Source: Amoebidium appalachense (taxonomy: Eukaryota; Protista; Ichthyosporea). Taken from it: DNA of 64,000 bases. Location of the stretch: NCBI GenBank assembly GCA_963693365.1, contig CAVNZM010000015.1, forward strand, positions 4,843,502 to 4,907,501. The letters are read 5' to 3'. Both the position numbers and the translations under genes were made by a program. Below the pieces are notes generated by a model that was given only the letters and a program-made list of their open reading frames with translations, was not told the origin of the DNA and ran no database searches. Positions 21,737-35,966 of this stretch are shown piece by piece. How positions within the stretch are numbered: the stretch's first letter is position 1; each line of letters starts with the position of its first letter.

Positions 21737-22357
21737 ATGAAGCTACCATTGGTGCTGCTTATAGCAGCAGGCACAGCACATGGGCGTGTTGTGTCTGCTA
21801 CCGACCAAAGACGCATTCTCTTAATGCACAACAAATACAGATGTATGCACGGGGTAGAACAAGAGGTTGTGTGGGATAGGAGGCTAGCCGAATCGGCCTC
21901 CCAGCACGTTGAGTACCTCAGGTATGTCTGAATACGTTGTCAGCCCCTCAAACACAGAATACACAGGAAATTACATTAAATTAAGAAATTGTGTGTGTGT
22001 TGAGGGGGGTGGGGGGGGATAAGCTTTGTGTTTCTGGTTTTCCGACTGGTGGTTGTAAGGAAGATGCAACCAAGGGGAGAGAACCGTTACGAGGCAATTT
22101 TTGAATCCTTTGGCGTGTATGTTGCGTTTTATGCGAAATTTACCGAAATTGCTTGTTTTCTCCGTTATGCATTCACTAACACCACCTCTTCATATTCACC
22201 TCTTGTTTTGCTGCATGCAATACCTTCAGTTCTTCCGAGGCACAGAAATGGTACACATACAGGCAGAAGTAATACCCACACGCACACATGTGCACGCAAA
22301 CACACAAATCACACACATGCACACGCACACACACACACACGCAGATGTACGATCACC

Positions 22358-22430
<73 letters not shown>

Positions 22431-22751
22431 ACACGCACGCACACGACACACACACGCACAACATAACTGATGCCGCGCATACACGCACGCACACACATAC
22501 TCCCACGCTTCCGATACTTTGAGGATTCAAAAAATACCTTTGCCAGGGCCTCTTATTGGGCTGGGCCGTGAAATAACCGGAGACGACCCCGGCGCCCCTC
22601 AGTCTTCCCTCACGCCTTCAATGTGCCACCACTTTTCTTGCCATGTTTTTGCCTTCCGCCCCTCTCCCCTTTGCCTTGCTCCAGATATCGTGTCATCATT
22701 GCCACGCCTACCCCTCCTCCCCTTGGCTCCCCTCCTCCCCTCCCTCCCCCC

Positions 22752-22785
<34 letters not shown>

Positions 22786-23223
22786 CCCCCCGGCCTTTCC
22801 GGCCCGCCTGATTATTGGACTATGTGTCTTTTGCTACATACTCGCATTGTGTGTTTGTTTTTCGATGTTGTGCATCAGTTTTTCGTAGTTGTGCATCACA
22901 TAAGTGCACCTGTATATTTTGTCCTGATTCTGACCGTCTACCCCCCATCCTTTCCCATCCTCCTCCGCCACAGTGAACATTCGCAATGCACCCTCATAGA
23001 CTACAGTGACCTTCGAGGGCTCAACCGCACACAGCCCATTTCAAACACGCGTGTCTGCTGGTCGCGTGATGCAGCCATCTGCGGGGAGAATCTTGCACGG
23101 ATTGGTGTCAGTGATGAGAGTGAAGTGGATGACTTGCAGGAGGCGATAGATAGCTGGTATTTGACGGGACAGAGTACATATGCGAGACTGTCGAGTAACT
23201 ACAGGGTGGAAATAAGGGTATGT

Positions 23224-23311
<88 letters not shown>

Positions 23312-23413
23312 ACCCTCTTTTCCCCTTCGTCTCTCCCTCATTCCTACCCCCGCTCTCCCCCCTCTCCCCCCTCCCCCCTTTGCTCTCGTATGTATGCCAA
23401 AGGGTTTATCTGG

Positions 23414-23480
<67 letters not shown>

Positions 23481-24781
23481 CGCGCGCGTGCACCTGTGAC
23501 ATGGCTGCCCGCTCTGTGACGGATATGGTCACTTGCAGATATACTGTATCATTCCACCTGTTCCCGTGTGAAAAGGCTTCGTGCTCTCACATGTGCTGCA
23601 CCTGCACCTACCCAGAAATGGCTACAAACCAAACGGAAACAGACAAAAACCATTCAGCAGCGTGCTCCCTTCCTGCCTCCCGTCTCCCCTTTCCACACAC
23701 CCACACTCAGCCATTGGATGTTAGTTTGCTCACATGGACGGCTACACACACTCACACACACACACAGACACTCACACACACACAAACACCCCCCCCCCCC
23801 CCCCCCTCCCTCCCCACCCTCCCCACCCTCCCACACACACACACACACACGTACACGTACAGGCCAACCCCAACGTGGAAAACTTCCTCGCCGTTCTTTG
23901 GCCTGACATCACCTACATGGGATGTGGAGAGTCCATATGTTCTCTAAAACTCGAAGACCAAACCCTCCGTTTCCGTCTTATTAGCTGCGAATATAGCGCA
24001 CGTGTGCAACACCTGCACGGAACATACACATGGAAACCAAAACCCCCAACTGTTACACCCGAAGCAGAATGCGCTGCAAAAGCGAGAATCTCACTGGACG
24101 GTGAGCTCGGTGGATCCGGGGATTCGATTGGAAATTCACCGGAAATTGGTGGAAATAGCGGAAGTGACAAAAGTAAACCCGAGGGGGATACAATGAGCGA
24201 ATGGTCGGAATGGTCAGTGTGCACGGCGGGGGTTTTAATGACGACTCGCACGAAAAAGTGTCTTGGTTCATGTTCTTCTACTGAGCCACTAGAGACGCAA
24301 CCCTGTCCCAAATTTTCGCCTTGGACGGAGTGGAGTGATTGTGTGGGTCAGGCTCTAGGGGGGCCCGGGCAAGCCAAACGCACGAGAGAGTGTCTTATGA
24401 CACCGTGTAGCCCCAACGATGTGTTGAAGGAATTACAGGTGCGTGCCGGATTCCCCCCCCCCCCCACCCGCCCCCCTTCCCCTCAACTCACCCCCTCCAC
24501 ATCGAAGCACACACAAACACCTACACACACACATGCAGATATGCAGACTGGAGGGAGAGGGGGGGGAGGGGGGGGGGGGGGGGGAGCATGGGGAGGGTTT
24601 GTGGTAGGGCGCCACAGGCACACAAAACTCACATCGTTTTTCTGCCTCTTGGCATAGATTTATTTGTTTAGAATCCTTTCAAAGCGACCCCCCCCCCCCC
24701 CCCCCCCCCCCCCCTCTCCCCCAAACCATCCACCCACCCACCCACACACACGCACACATACGCACACATACGCACACACAC

Positions 24782-24864
<83 letters not shown>

Positions 24865-25053
24865 GATTGCCTTCTCCCTGCACATTTGCGTTGGCCTCTT
24901 TTTCGTGTTTTATTTCCGTCGTTTTTCCTGTCATTCCTTCCAAGTAGGTGACTCGCTGACACATAAATCCCCCCCCCCCCCTCCCCCTCCCCCCCCCCCC
25001 CCCCCCCCAGCAACACACATGCACACACCCACACGCACACGCGTGCGTGTGCG

Positions 25054-25086
<33 letters not shown>

Positions 25087-26424
25087 CACACATCCCCCCC
25101 AATCCCCCTTCTTCCTCCCCTCTCCCCCCCCCCCCCCCCCCCGTCCGCAAAAAAAAACGCCCCAATCTCCCCCCCCCCCCTCTCCGCCCCACCCCCGGCC
25201 CCCCACCCTCCAACCCCATCCCCTTCACCCCCCTCTGTCCACCCCCCTCCCCCCCCCTCCCCCCAAACACACACACACACACATACACAGGATTGCATCG
25301 TGCCCAAATGCGGCAAGAAGGATCTCCGTGACTCCGTCTTCTGCACCCGCATGCTCAGAGATGGTGACTGTGCCTATTCCAACGTAAGAGAGGAACTATG
25401 CGTGGACACGTGCTGCGATTGGAAGGAAGGCGCAAAAATCCCCCCTGCTCCCCAGCCCTCCGCAAGCGAAAAAACCCCCCTGTCCTCGCAAACTGGAGAG
25501 GCGAGGGGTGTGCAGGTGTGGTCTGATTGGGGGGATTGGGGGTGATTGCATGGAACCTGGCCGTCAGACAAGAAAGAGAACTTGTGAAGGGTGGGGGTGC
25601 CCGGACGCACTGGGAGACTATATTAAGGTGGGTTCTTTCTTTTTTCCCTGCATGGGCAGTTAGAATTTCTACTTTGAAAGACAGAGCGGTATATGGAATA
25701 TGTATATGGAATATTCCATATACCGCTCTGTCTTCCAGAGTCTCGTAACCTGCAACTTCTCTAATTAACACCTCCCCCCTCCCCCCCCCCCCCTCCCCCC
25801 CCCCCTCCCCTCCCCCACCCTTCCCCCCGTGGTCAGACGCCTGGACTCTTTTTTTTCTTTCCTATGTCTAAACCACTTGAGCCAGAGTTGCATTTTTGCG
25901 AGATCAGCTGTACTTCCAGACATTTTCCTTCTGGTATTTTTTGTTCCCCCCTTCACTGCCAACAAAAACATAACTCCAGTCTGATATGATGAAAGGAACA
26001 AAAGCACTTGACAACCCCCCCCCCCCCCCCCTTCCCCCCCTTCCCTCCCCCCCCCCCCCCCCCCCCCCCAAAAAACAATAATAATAATAAAAATCACACA
26101 CAGACTCAGAAATACACCACTGCCCGCTCATACACAAACATAACTTGCTCATGACAAAACCACCTGCACACACTATAAATATCCCTAACATGCCCACCTA
26201 ACCGTAATGTTCCAAACAAATCGCAGGATCTCCCGGCCGAGATTGCCCTCGAGCAAGATCAGCCCTGCACTGGTCCGGAATGCAGCCCCGATCGGCAGCG
26301 ACCGGAATATTGTGCGATCCAGCGGAAAATTGGAAATTGTAAGTTTGCGTCCGTCCGCGATCGGCTGTGTATGACCACATGTTGTTGGATTACCGACCGT
26401 TTGAGCTTCTATAGTAATCGTTGA
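21737..26424 (+). CDS. Secreted CAP/SCP-domain protein with three TSP1 and two ShK-like domains, ~512 aa; exons 21737-21921, 22974-23217, 23863-24438, 25291-25627, 26227-26424
   Basis: Signal peptide [19 protein letters not shown] motifs: [52 protein letters not shown]1 motifs: [46 protein letters not shown]. ShK-like: C..D...FC......C......LCVDTCC and C..D...YC......C......LCMTTCC. One extra G at 25538-25542 shifts the frame in exon 4. Confidence 0.88.
25678..25734. other. Perfect 24-bp inverted repeat with a 9-nt loop in the last intron of the CAP gene (pre-miRNA-like hairpin)
   Basis: AAGACAGAGCGGTATATGGAATAT - GTATATGGA - ATATTCCATATACCGCTCTGTCTT. Confidence 0.8.
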
Positions 26425-26798
26425 AAAATAGTGTGTCTGGTGGTGGCGCTATAAATAGGGCCAGCGTGGTGGGTGGAATGTTTGGTGGAATGCAGGTGGA
26501 ATTTTTTTTGGAATCTCGTTTCTTTCTAATACTGTAGTGCTAGATTGTTGGATGGTGTGTGGGGTGTTTTGAGCCTGTGTTCATGATATATGTCTGATGA
26601 ATTGCTGTTTTATATCTCGGATTTTCGATGTGAAGGACTGTGGATTGGTCGATAGCATAGCCACTCTATCCAGTAAAAGCTCGAAACACGACATAAATCG
26701 AACTTAATATATTTTCCTAGGGTGATCGTTTTCTGGGCCGATGCTTCATGGCGTCTCGTTTTTATTAGATTTCGTTCGAACCGCTTTCTGTTTACTCC

Positions 26799-26838
<40 letters not shown>

Positions 26839-26979
26839 AGGGGGGGGGCAGGGGGACAGGGAGGGAGGGAGGAAGGAGGGGGGAGGGGGAGGGGGGAGGC
26901 GGAGGGGGGGGGGGGGGATAGAGAAGGGGGGAGGGGGGGGGGGGAAGGAAGGAGGGGAGGGTGGGGGGGTGGGGGGGAT

Positions 26980-27010
<31 letters not shown>

Positions 27011-27618
27011 TAAATCCAAGTTTTCCTGTATGGGTTTGCCTGTTTTCGGCCGCCTGCTTCGTTTGGTGGACATATGCATGTAGCGCTAGCCAAAAAATAA
27101 CTCACTTTTCACAATGCATAATTTTACTCGTTTTTTCAATAATACATGTACATATGCATATGTCCCAAAACTTCAACTTCATTTGTGCCGAGGAACACTG
27201 TTTTGCAGTATGAGAGGAGCAGCCCCGGCTTCCTTCTTCTCCACCGTATTTTAGTAGGTTCCAAAGGGCTGGTACCCACACAGAGGCACAGCGGTATGGC
27301 ACAAGACCTTAAATAAAAAGTTTGTGGAAGGTTAAAAACTTAGAACCCCCCCCCCCCCCCCCCCCCCCTTCTCCCCCCATCCCACTACCCCTCCCGACGG
27401 CCGAGCCGTCGATTCTGAATCAATGCATGTGCCACTGACCGGTGCCGGGAGCTCGATTTATATACAGCAATTCATGATGACATAACCAACCTCCCCCCCC
27501 CCCCCCCCCCCCCCCCTCCCCCTTCCCCCCCCCCCCCCCCCCTTCATCATTTCACTTGGCAATCCGCCTGCGATACTCATATGAAACCCAGATCCAACGA
27601 TTGATCCATCCGATACTA

Positions 27619-27653
<35 letters not shown>

Positions 27654-28123
27654 GGCCCCACCCTTTCCCGGCTTCTCATGCATATGGGCAGCCCAGTACC
27701 TTCCCAGATATTTGAATCCAATACACACACTACCACCTGTTTATAAACGTGATTATAGCATCGGCCACCGGATGAACATTGCTTCCTTGCATATAATACA
27801 CAATATTCCGTGACCCTGCGAAACCCACTGCCTACAAGGGAATGTTGCAGTTACATATATGGCATTGCATTTGCTCAAAAATTAATCACATCGGAGTATA
27901 ATTGGGCAAAAAAAGATGTAAGTGTATCAGCCTAACTTATGTGATATGTTCTATCCGATGATGCGCAATGTTGACAGATAGGCTACCTAATATGTATACA
28001 ACTGCTTCAATATCGAAATCATCAGACAATTCTTTTCTTCAGATATTCATTGGTAAAAAGTATGTGCGTGTGTACGTGTGTGTCTGTACACGTAGGGGGA
28101 GGGAGGGGGGGAGGGGGGGGAGG

Positions 28124-28192
<69 letters not shown>

Positions 28193-28789
28193 ATGCACGT
28201 GCACGTATCTGTGTGTGTGCGCGCTCGCACGTGTGCGCGTGTCTGTCGCAGAAATATGCACAGTGTGTGCATATGTGGGTGCAGTATGGGGCACTGAGGC
28301 GCGCATGACATTGCACGTGCCTGTGTGTTTGTCTGTGTGGTAGCAACTAAACAACACTTGTATATGCAGGGTCGGCTGACTCCGCACATCGCGCCTGCAA
28401 TTTGGTCAGAAACACATACTATGTGATCATGATTATCAGAGAGGCCCACACGCACCGCCCACCCAGAGCCAAATAGACTTGCGCACAAACACATACCTTT
28501 GCTCATGTTACAGTGCAATAATTGGTGGAAAGTCACAAATGGCGCGCTGAGCAATCTAGGTAACCAATCACATCAAAACAACTTTGAGATTGTAACAGAG
28601 CACAAATTTTCACATCTGTTTACTATAACATACACTGCAATTGGGCAATGTTTTAGCTCGGTGCTCTTGGTCGACATTATAGAATGATTAGTCAATAATA
28701 ACAATGAAATATTATTCTGAAATTGCTGTGCCGGAAATTCAACTGCACCGGAAGACCTTTCTCAATTACTTATGACCTTGAACTCAACT

Positions 28790-28820
<31 letters not shown>

Positions 28821-29036
28821 TTACCTTAAAAAAAAAAAAATCCGATCAACTTGACAGCCCCAAGCTTGAGCCAACCGGTCCCCCCCGGCGAACCCCGGCC
28901 CCCCCCCCCCCCCCCCCCCCCCCTCCCCCCCCAAAAAAGGGGGCAATAAAATAAAGCAAAATAAAATGACGTGAAATACTTTTTGAAATGATAAAACACT
29001 GATCATCGATGAAATTGAAAATAAAATTAAAATTGG

Positions 29037-29067
<31 letters not shown>

Positions 29068-29677
29068 ACCTAACCCCTCCTTTAACCCCCCTCCTCCCCC
29101 TCTCCCCCCACCCCCCCCCCCCCTACCCTGCCCCCAAATAACCGAAAGCCTATAGGTGGTTGCTCACCTCTTCCCCCTCCCACAGCCCTTTCCTCCCCCC
29201 CCCACCTTCCCCCACCCCCCAGTCTCGCCTCCTTCCCCCACCTCGAGCACCCTCCCCCTCCCCCCTCCTTCCCCCCTCCCCCTTCTCTCATGCATCCAAT
29301 CCCCTTTTATATCATCGGTAGTGGTGGTGGTGGGTGGGTAGGGAGGGCGGGGGGAAGGGGGACGGGGGGAGGGGGGGAGTGTGTGTGTGTGCATGGGGGG
29401 GTCCCCTCTCAAAAGACACCAACACCCACCCTTCCCTCCCCCCCCCCCTCCCTCCCCTCCCCCCCCTCAGCCCCCCCCTCCGGAGGGGGAACCGGGGCCT
29501 TCCAAACACACACACATGCACTTTCAGACACCCACCAACTGTAGATGCCGATTGAATTTTGTTCCGGGCTAAGAGTTTCTACATTTGATTGGTGATAAGC
29601 GTGAGGGTGTATTCATGGGGTGTGCGCATGTGTCGACTGTGTGTGTGTGACACTGTGTGTCTGTGTGTCTACGTGTG

Positions 29678-29733
<56 letters not shown>

Positions 29734-29925
29734 AGTGTGTGTGTGTGTACACGTGTGTGTGTGTGTACACGTGTGTGTGTGTGTGTGTATATTTGTACGA
29801 GTGTGTATGTGCTCCCACGCGCGTGTGTGCGTGCGTGTTTGTGTGCGTGTCACGATGTGTGTATAGGCGTGTGTATAGACGCGCGGGCGCGCCCGTGCCA
29901 CGGTGGGTGTTTGTATGCGTGTCAC

Positions 29926-30011
<86 letters not shown>

Positions 30012-30172
30012 CGTGGCACGTGCACGAGCACGCTTGTGGTACTATGTAGTACGTGCTGTGTATTTGCGCACACTTTTCTGAGCGCGATATGATGGAGATG
30101 TGGCTGCGTGTGAAACCATAGGCCCATCGATCGTGGGTGTCTGTGACACAGTGTGTGCCTGAACTGTGTGCC

Positions 30173-30212
<40 letters not shown>

Positions 30213-31262
30213 TTGGTGTATGCGTCTGCCCGCATGCCAGTGTGCACGTGCGTGTGCGCATACGATTGGTTTGTGCCTTTGACAACCTAAAGTTTGAATT
30301 TGCGTGTATTCACCAGTGTCACGGTCTGACGGTGTTCGTATGTATAAACTGTTGTCAGTTATTATTGTGTACCACTTGGGTAAGCATTTAAGCACATGTA
30401 CAGGCTTGTCGCTGTGGTTACCACAGCAAACTTTTATTCTCTGGTGGGCTTCGAGCCAACCTAATATTAATGCAGCCTCCAATGCCATCTATTATAAAGT
30501 ATGACTCCCATGAACGACGTGTACATCTTAAAATTGGTAAAGTTATGCTCAACTTACTGCAATGTCCAGTGGTGTGCCTGAAATTTGGCGTGCGAGAAAT
30601 ATTTCGCCAATTATGATAATGTTGATGATATTAACTATGATCATATTCAATGATCACCTTGATACATATATGTATATGCCAAATACCGTCTATAAACAGC
30701 ATACATACTGCTAGATTGCATAGTGACATGGCACAACTCAGCGGCTAATAACACTGCCTGGCCCACTCAGGCTCAGGACTACCCCCCCCCCCACCCCCCC
30801 CCCCCCAACCACCACCACCACCACATGATTACACCTTCCTCTAATCCCATGCACACGGTAAACTTTGTTAGTATCACTATCATGTCGACTTTACATAGTA
30901 TATGAAACATAATTATTATTATCATAGGCTCATGGAATCATGATACTATTTGTCGGCCATGTGTTAATAATTTCACACAGCTACTAAAAGGCCTTTTTAG
31001 CTAAGACACTGCCAATCAATCAAAAATGAAGGCTGCAGCTGCTCATGTCAATATGATTATTGCTACTGAGGTGCCAACAAGTTAACTACATTTAAGTTGG
31101 CCAATTATGCCTGTACACGTGTATCCAATCAGTGAGAGCGAACTATCACAGCGATAGGATAAATTTTAGTAGCCTACTAACATACATAAATTTGCATCGT
31201 AAAGACGCATATCTTAGACTATATAGATGTACATAACTATTGCACTTTTTCAAAATAAACCG

Positions 31263-32180
31263 TTATAAGCACACCATGGCATCGACATCATAGGTTCTGA
31301 GGCTGTTCCTTCTATTTGCACACACCTGCGCCGCAACCTCTTCCAACAAAGGAGCATTGCACACAAGCGCGTGAATATCTTCCTGTGTCAACTCGCACAC
31401 AAACCCATCCATGTGTTCCTGGGGGGTTTCTAACAGTGCCAAAGAGTGTTCGAGGGGTTTTTTGTAAAAGGATTGGGAAAAATTACCCAACCCAGACTCA
31501 TTAAGGAGTGTGTCCAAGTTGAAATCCGATTTAGTTGGCACCTCTGAGTCCATGCAGAAAATTTCCAGTGACTCTAGATTGAACCCCCCCCGTGTCATAC
31601 TTGGTGTTGTCTCTTGCACCACACTTGGCGACATGGTGCAAGTATTGGACCCCGTAGACGAAACTTCATCTGAGGGGCTCCCGGGTTGAATTTCGCCGTC
31701 GGTGCTAATATTGTTGTCGCTCAAAGATCCCCGCCGGGGCTGGCGTGGCTTCACGTACTGCCCGTCGTGCGTAAAATGGTGCAAAAATGTGGGGTCTATA
31801 GACCAGTAGACGATTTTCCGTGCCTTCTTTTTCGACGGCACCTTTGTAACTTTACCGTTTTTTGTATGCGCCGTGCGATTGATTGAAGAGCTCGAATTTG
31901 TACGTGCGGGGATATGCATTTCGGTTCTCACAAACGATTTGTTGAGGTGCAGGTTGTGGCGGATGCTGTTTTGCCAATAGTCCCCCCAGTTTCCGTCGCG
32001 GTAGTATGGGTAATTTTCCGTGATATAATCGTATATCTCCCTCAAGGTGCACTTGTGCGACGGCGATGCTTTGATAGCCATGCTTATGAGGGTTGCGTAG
32101 CTGAGTGCAGGACGTGAGGTAATGCCTCCATCCTCCCCATTGGTGCGTTTTACTGGCGGCATTTCTGTGCCTGTTTTCAT
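31263..32180 (-). CDS. Forkhead-box transcription factor, single coding exon, ~305 aa
   Basis: RPALSYATLISMAIKASPSHKCTLREIYDYITENYPYYR...WQNSIRHNLHLNKSFVR...YWSIDP is a Forkhead domain, followed by an S/T-rich and acidic tail. Subfamily cannot be assigned by eye. Confidence 0.95.
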   Translation of the reverse strand: MKTGTEMPPVKRTNGEDGGITSRPALSYATLISMAIKASPSHKCTLREIYDYITENYPYYRDGNWGDYWQNSIRHNLHLNKSFVRTEMHIPARTNSSSSINRTAHTKNGKVTKVPSKKKARKIVYWSIDPTFLHHFTHDGQYVKPRQPRRGSLSDNNISTDGEIQPGSPSDEVSSTGSNTCTMSPSVVQETTPSMTRGGFNLESLEIFCMDSEVPTKSDFNLDTLLNESGLGNFSQSFYKKPLEHSLALLETPQEHMDGFVCELTQEDIHALVCNAPLLEEVAAQVCANRRNSLRTYDVDAMVCL

Positions 32181-34146
32181 CAAGGCCTCAAAGTAAACGA
32201 ATTTAATAGTTGGTGGCTTAGTTTAGCCAATAATCACGCAGCGCCAAGCCCTCGAGCCATAGGTGAACAATATTCGTAAATGTTGCCTTACGTAATGATT
32301 ATCGATTGAACAGTGCAATATTAGAAATGTCGACGTCACCACACTTGGACACTAATTCTAAAAAAAACAGTGATAAAAATGCCATGACCATCTATGTTGT
32401 GGACAGTGATGGTCGGTATATTGAAAACAAACACCGCAAAGTTTAGTCTGAGAGCGTTCAACGTGAAGGGGTGTGTCATGTATGTGCTTTGGTCTCCTAC
32501 AATAAGCTACCTTCCTAGGGTTATTTAACAGTGTCACTAAAAGGCACTGTTGTTCAGAGTTCATGAGTCTTCCAGAGTTAGTGGAGTGAATTTGGTTTCT
32601 TGTGCCTGAAATTTCGGGAAGAGTAAACGAACTGTGTGTAGCTTAGATGCAAAAGCCTTGCTCGTGAATCACGCTACATGCATGGCACAATGACACACTG
32701 CCTACTTATTCACCGAAACACACAAAATATCTGGTCGTGTTTGTGGTGTGTGAGCACACATGTAGGTGGACAATAAGAGAATAAATCACGCACGCACGAG
32801 CGACTAAGAGCCAAGTATGACATGACGTTGGACGGATCGATGTCTCGTGAAGGTGTGCACGCGCCGGCGAATGCTGGTGTTGTACCCCCGGGGCCGGTAC
32901 CCGCATGACGTGGTACAGCCAATTAATTGATTAAAAAAATATGTGTAATAAGTACTTGCGAAGACCTATTATATTATTATATGATTTGAAACTTGTTATT
33001 ATTTATAAAAGATAAGGCGCGAATGTAGTATGTATGTTCATCAGTGAACATCTCCTGCGAGGAGATAAGATTGTGCATTCCACAACAAAGTTTTATATAA
33101 TCTAGTTAGAAGTTGATTTTTTTCCTCCTATTCATTTTTTATATGCATTAAAGTTTTTCAACCAGCTACTATAAATATTTTATTATAATCAATTGAGTCT
33201 TTTTTACATACCTTTCAGAAAACAAAAACTGTCTGTACGTGCTGGCGAATGTGGCGATTGACACTGGAGCACTCAGTGAGCAGTGAGCAGAACTTTGTTC
33301 GGATAGTCGGATAGGTATATGCCAGAAAGATGTGTCCATATATAGCTACAGCATATAAGTTTTAATTGGTACTTTTAAATTGTTGTTATGTGATTCAAAG
33401 TCTAGGGAGAACATCTCAGAAACCCAGTGATTTCGCGGCCTCTTATTGTAGTCTTGGAGTGCTTCGCAAACGTCACTGACATCATCTCAGAGAAACACAA
33501 ACAATTCATCGATACTTACCCGTTTTTATAAACTGTTTTGTTTAAATCTTGTTGTTTTTCCATGCATGACCAACATCCCGACAATCGGAGGTCTTGCGCT
33601 CGCGGCCGTTTTAATATTGGCGCCATATGCCCGGGCATAGCGGTTGAACATACGTACTAAGCAGCCAAAGGCATGCGGTGCAATTCTCAGATAGGGGGGA
33701 GGGGGGAGGAAGTGGTCATTTTTATGTGCTTGAGCTGACTGGAAATATATAATAACTATGTGAAGTGTTGTGCTAATATTCTGTGGAAAAAAAGTGCGAA
33801 ATACACATATGCCTGATCAGCTTTGGAACTTCAATGAATTCGCATGCGCGGCCAGATGATCCTCGGTTTCGCAGGCTGAGGCTAGGAGGTTTCATCAGTG
33901 ATAAACTTTCTGCCAATCACGTCGAACGCTTTAGCTGATAAGATCTATTTTTTTGTAACCTCAGTACAGATTCGGATATGTCAAGCGCCAGTCAGATCCT
34001 CAGCAGCACGTGGGAAACCTCCGAAACTCAGTGCAACAATTTCAAGGCATGTCTATCGTTTCTGATGCTATCATAGAGCCTAGAGAGGGGGAGAAAGGAG
34101 GAAGGGAGTGAGTACGTACGAGTGAGTGAGGTAGAGGGATGAGAGA

Positions 34147-34188
<42 letters not shown>

Positions 34189-34239
34189 CTAGAGAGAGAG
34201 AGAGAGACTGGGAGAGAGAGGGGGGGGGGGGGGGAGGGG

Positions 34240-34288
<49 letters not shown>

Positions 34289-34454
34289 TACACATGCACA
34301 CGGACATACACAAACACGTACGCGTGCACGTGCACGTGTGGCACGCACATGATATACACACAAAGTCACACACACACACACACACGACACACACACGCAC
34401 CACACACAGTGTCACACACACATGTGTCGTCACGCACCGTGTGCACGTGTACAC

Positions 34455-34507
<53 letters not shown>

Positions 34508-34511
34508 CGCG

Positions 34512-34542
<31 letters not shown>

Positions 34543-34550
34543 AGCCTGGG

Positions 34551-34589
<39 letters not shown>

Positions 34590-34602
34590 CGCACACACGC
34601 AC

Positions 34603-34705
<103 letters not shown>

Positions 34706-35966
34706 ATGTACACACACACACGGTGTCAAACGGCCCAGGGCCTGGCACTCAGTGAAACGTCGGGTTGACTCGAAAATTTAAAGGTGCGAGTCGGTGTGCG
34801 GAAGCTTGAACTTGATACTATGTCAACGCGCCAAGCCTTCCTTGTGTGACTCAGGCTCAGCTCGGCCCAAGGTACCGGTGCGCGTGGCACTGCATGCGCA
34901 TACATACAGGAGCCTGCTGGTTTTTGGAGTTTCTTCTTCTCTTTTTATTATACTCTAACTACATACTGGACCCCACATTATATTTCTTACCACCTACTGA
35001 GTTACCTTATTAGTAAGTTGTTTTCCCTTAAATATGATACGGTACGCAATGTTTGTGTTGAATGATTTCCATTATCATTGATGATGTCACCATGCAATGG
35101 CACCGTCACGGTGGCCTCAACTTGAGCCACGGGGGAAAGCCGGTCACTATATCAGGGCCTTGACCAAGACTGACCGCCTTGTTTTTTATCAGTTTATTTC
35201 ACAGTGACGTAAGCTGTCTAATCAGATCCGCAATGACGCAGACTGGTGCAAAATGTTTGATCATGATCAGATCAGCTGACAGCTGCCTCTAATAAACAGT
35301 ACTAGATCTGGTACTACCAAAAACACGTGAGGCATAAAAAACCTCAAACAGGAATTTCAAGAAACCCAAACAAATAACAAACAAACATTATACTTAGAAG
35401 TAAACTACAAATATCGAGGTACTCTATACGTGTTTACTATTTTTTCTTATTTTTTGATTAATTCTAGCTATAGGTCTTATGATCAGATTGATCATGTTTT
35501 GCATTGCGAGTTCAGAAGAAAAAAATCCCGCTCGCTTTCCTTTCTGCAGAAATTTTAAACAGGGATTGCAGTCAACTAAAAATATTTGCTAAAATGTCAG
35601 TTTTAATGCACCAACCAGAGCCGTTTGTTTTCTATAAGGATTGAGGAACCCTACTTGGGAGTTGGGACCTAACGGTTGCTTTTGGTTGCCTCTTGCCACT
35701 CCAAGTCACGCAAGCTTCAGATCCCGTAGATCAGGGTTCGAATCGGATCGCCTCGCGGAACCCTGAGCCGCGGCGCCGCTTCAAATTACCCAAGAGCTAT
35801 TTTTCTTTTTATTTTTAGCTACATTCGTACCTAAGATATAATTACCTTATTATATGCATCTTTGCGTAATTAATGATTAAGCTAAAGTACTGTATAATAA
35901 AACCTTTCGCTAGCATGCTTTTGAGGGCTGACAATAACAATAGCTATGCTTGTTTTCAGGTATAAA

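Noticed and set aside
32185-32640. Forkhead autoregulatory sites upstream of the Fox gene
   Set aside because: Only partial matches to RYAAAYA, as expected by chance in AT-rich DNA.
35730-35768. GGTTCGAATC B-box within a 9-bp inverted repeat
   Set aside because: No cloverleaf or A-box could be built, and it is too short to call.
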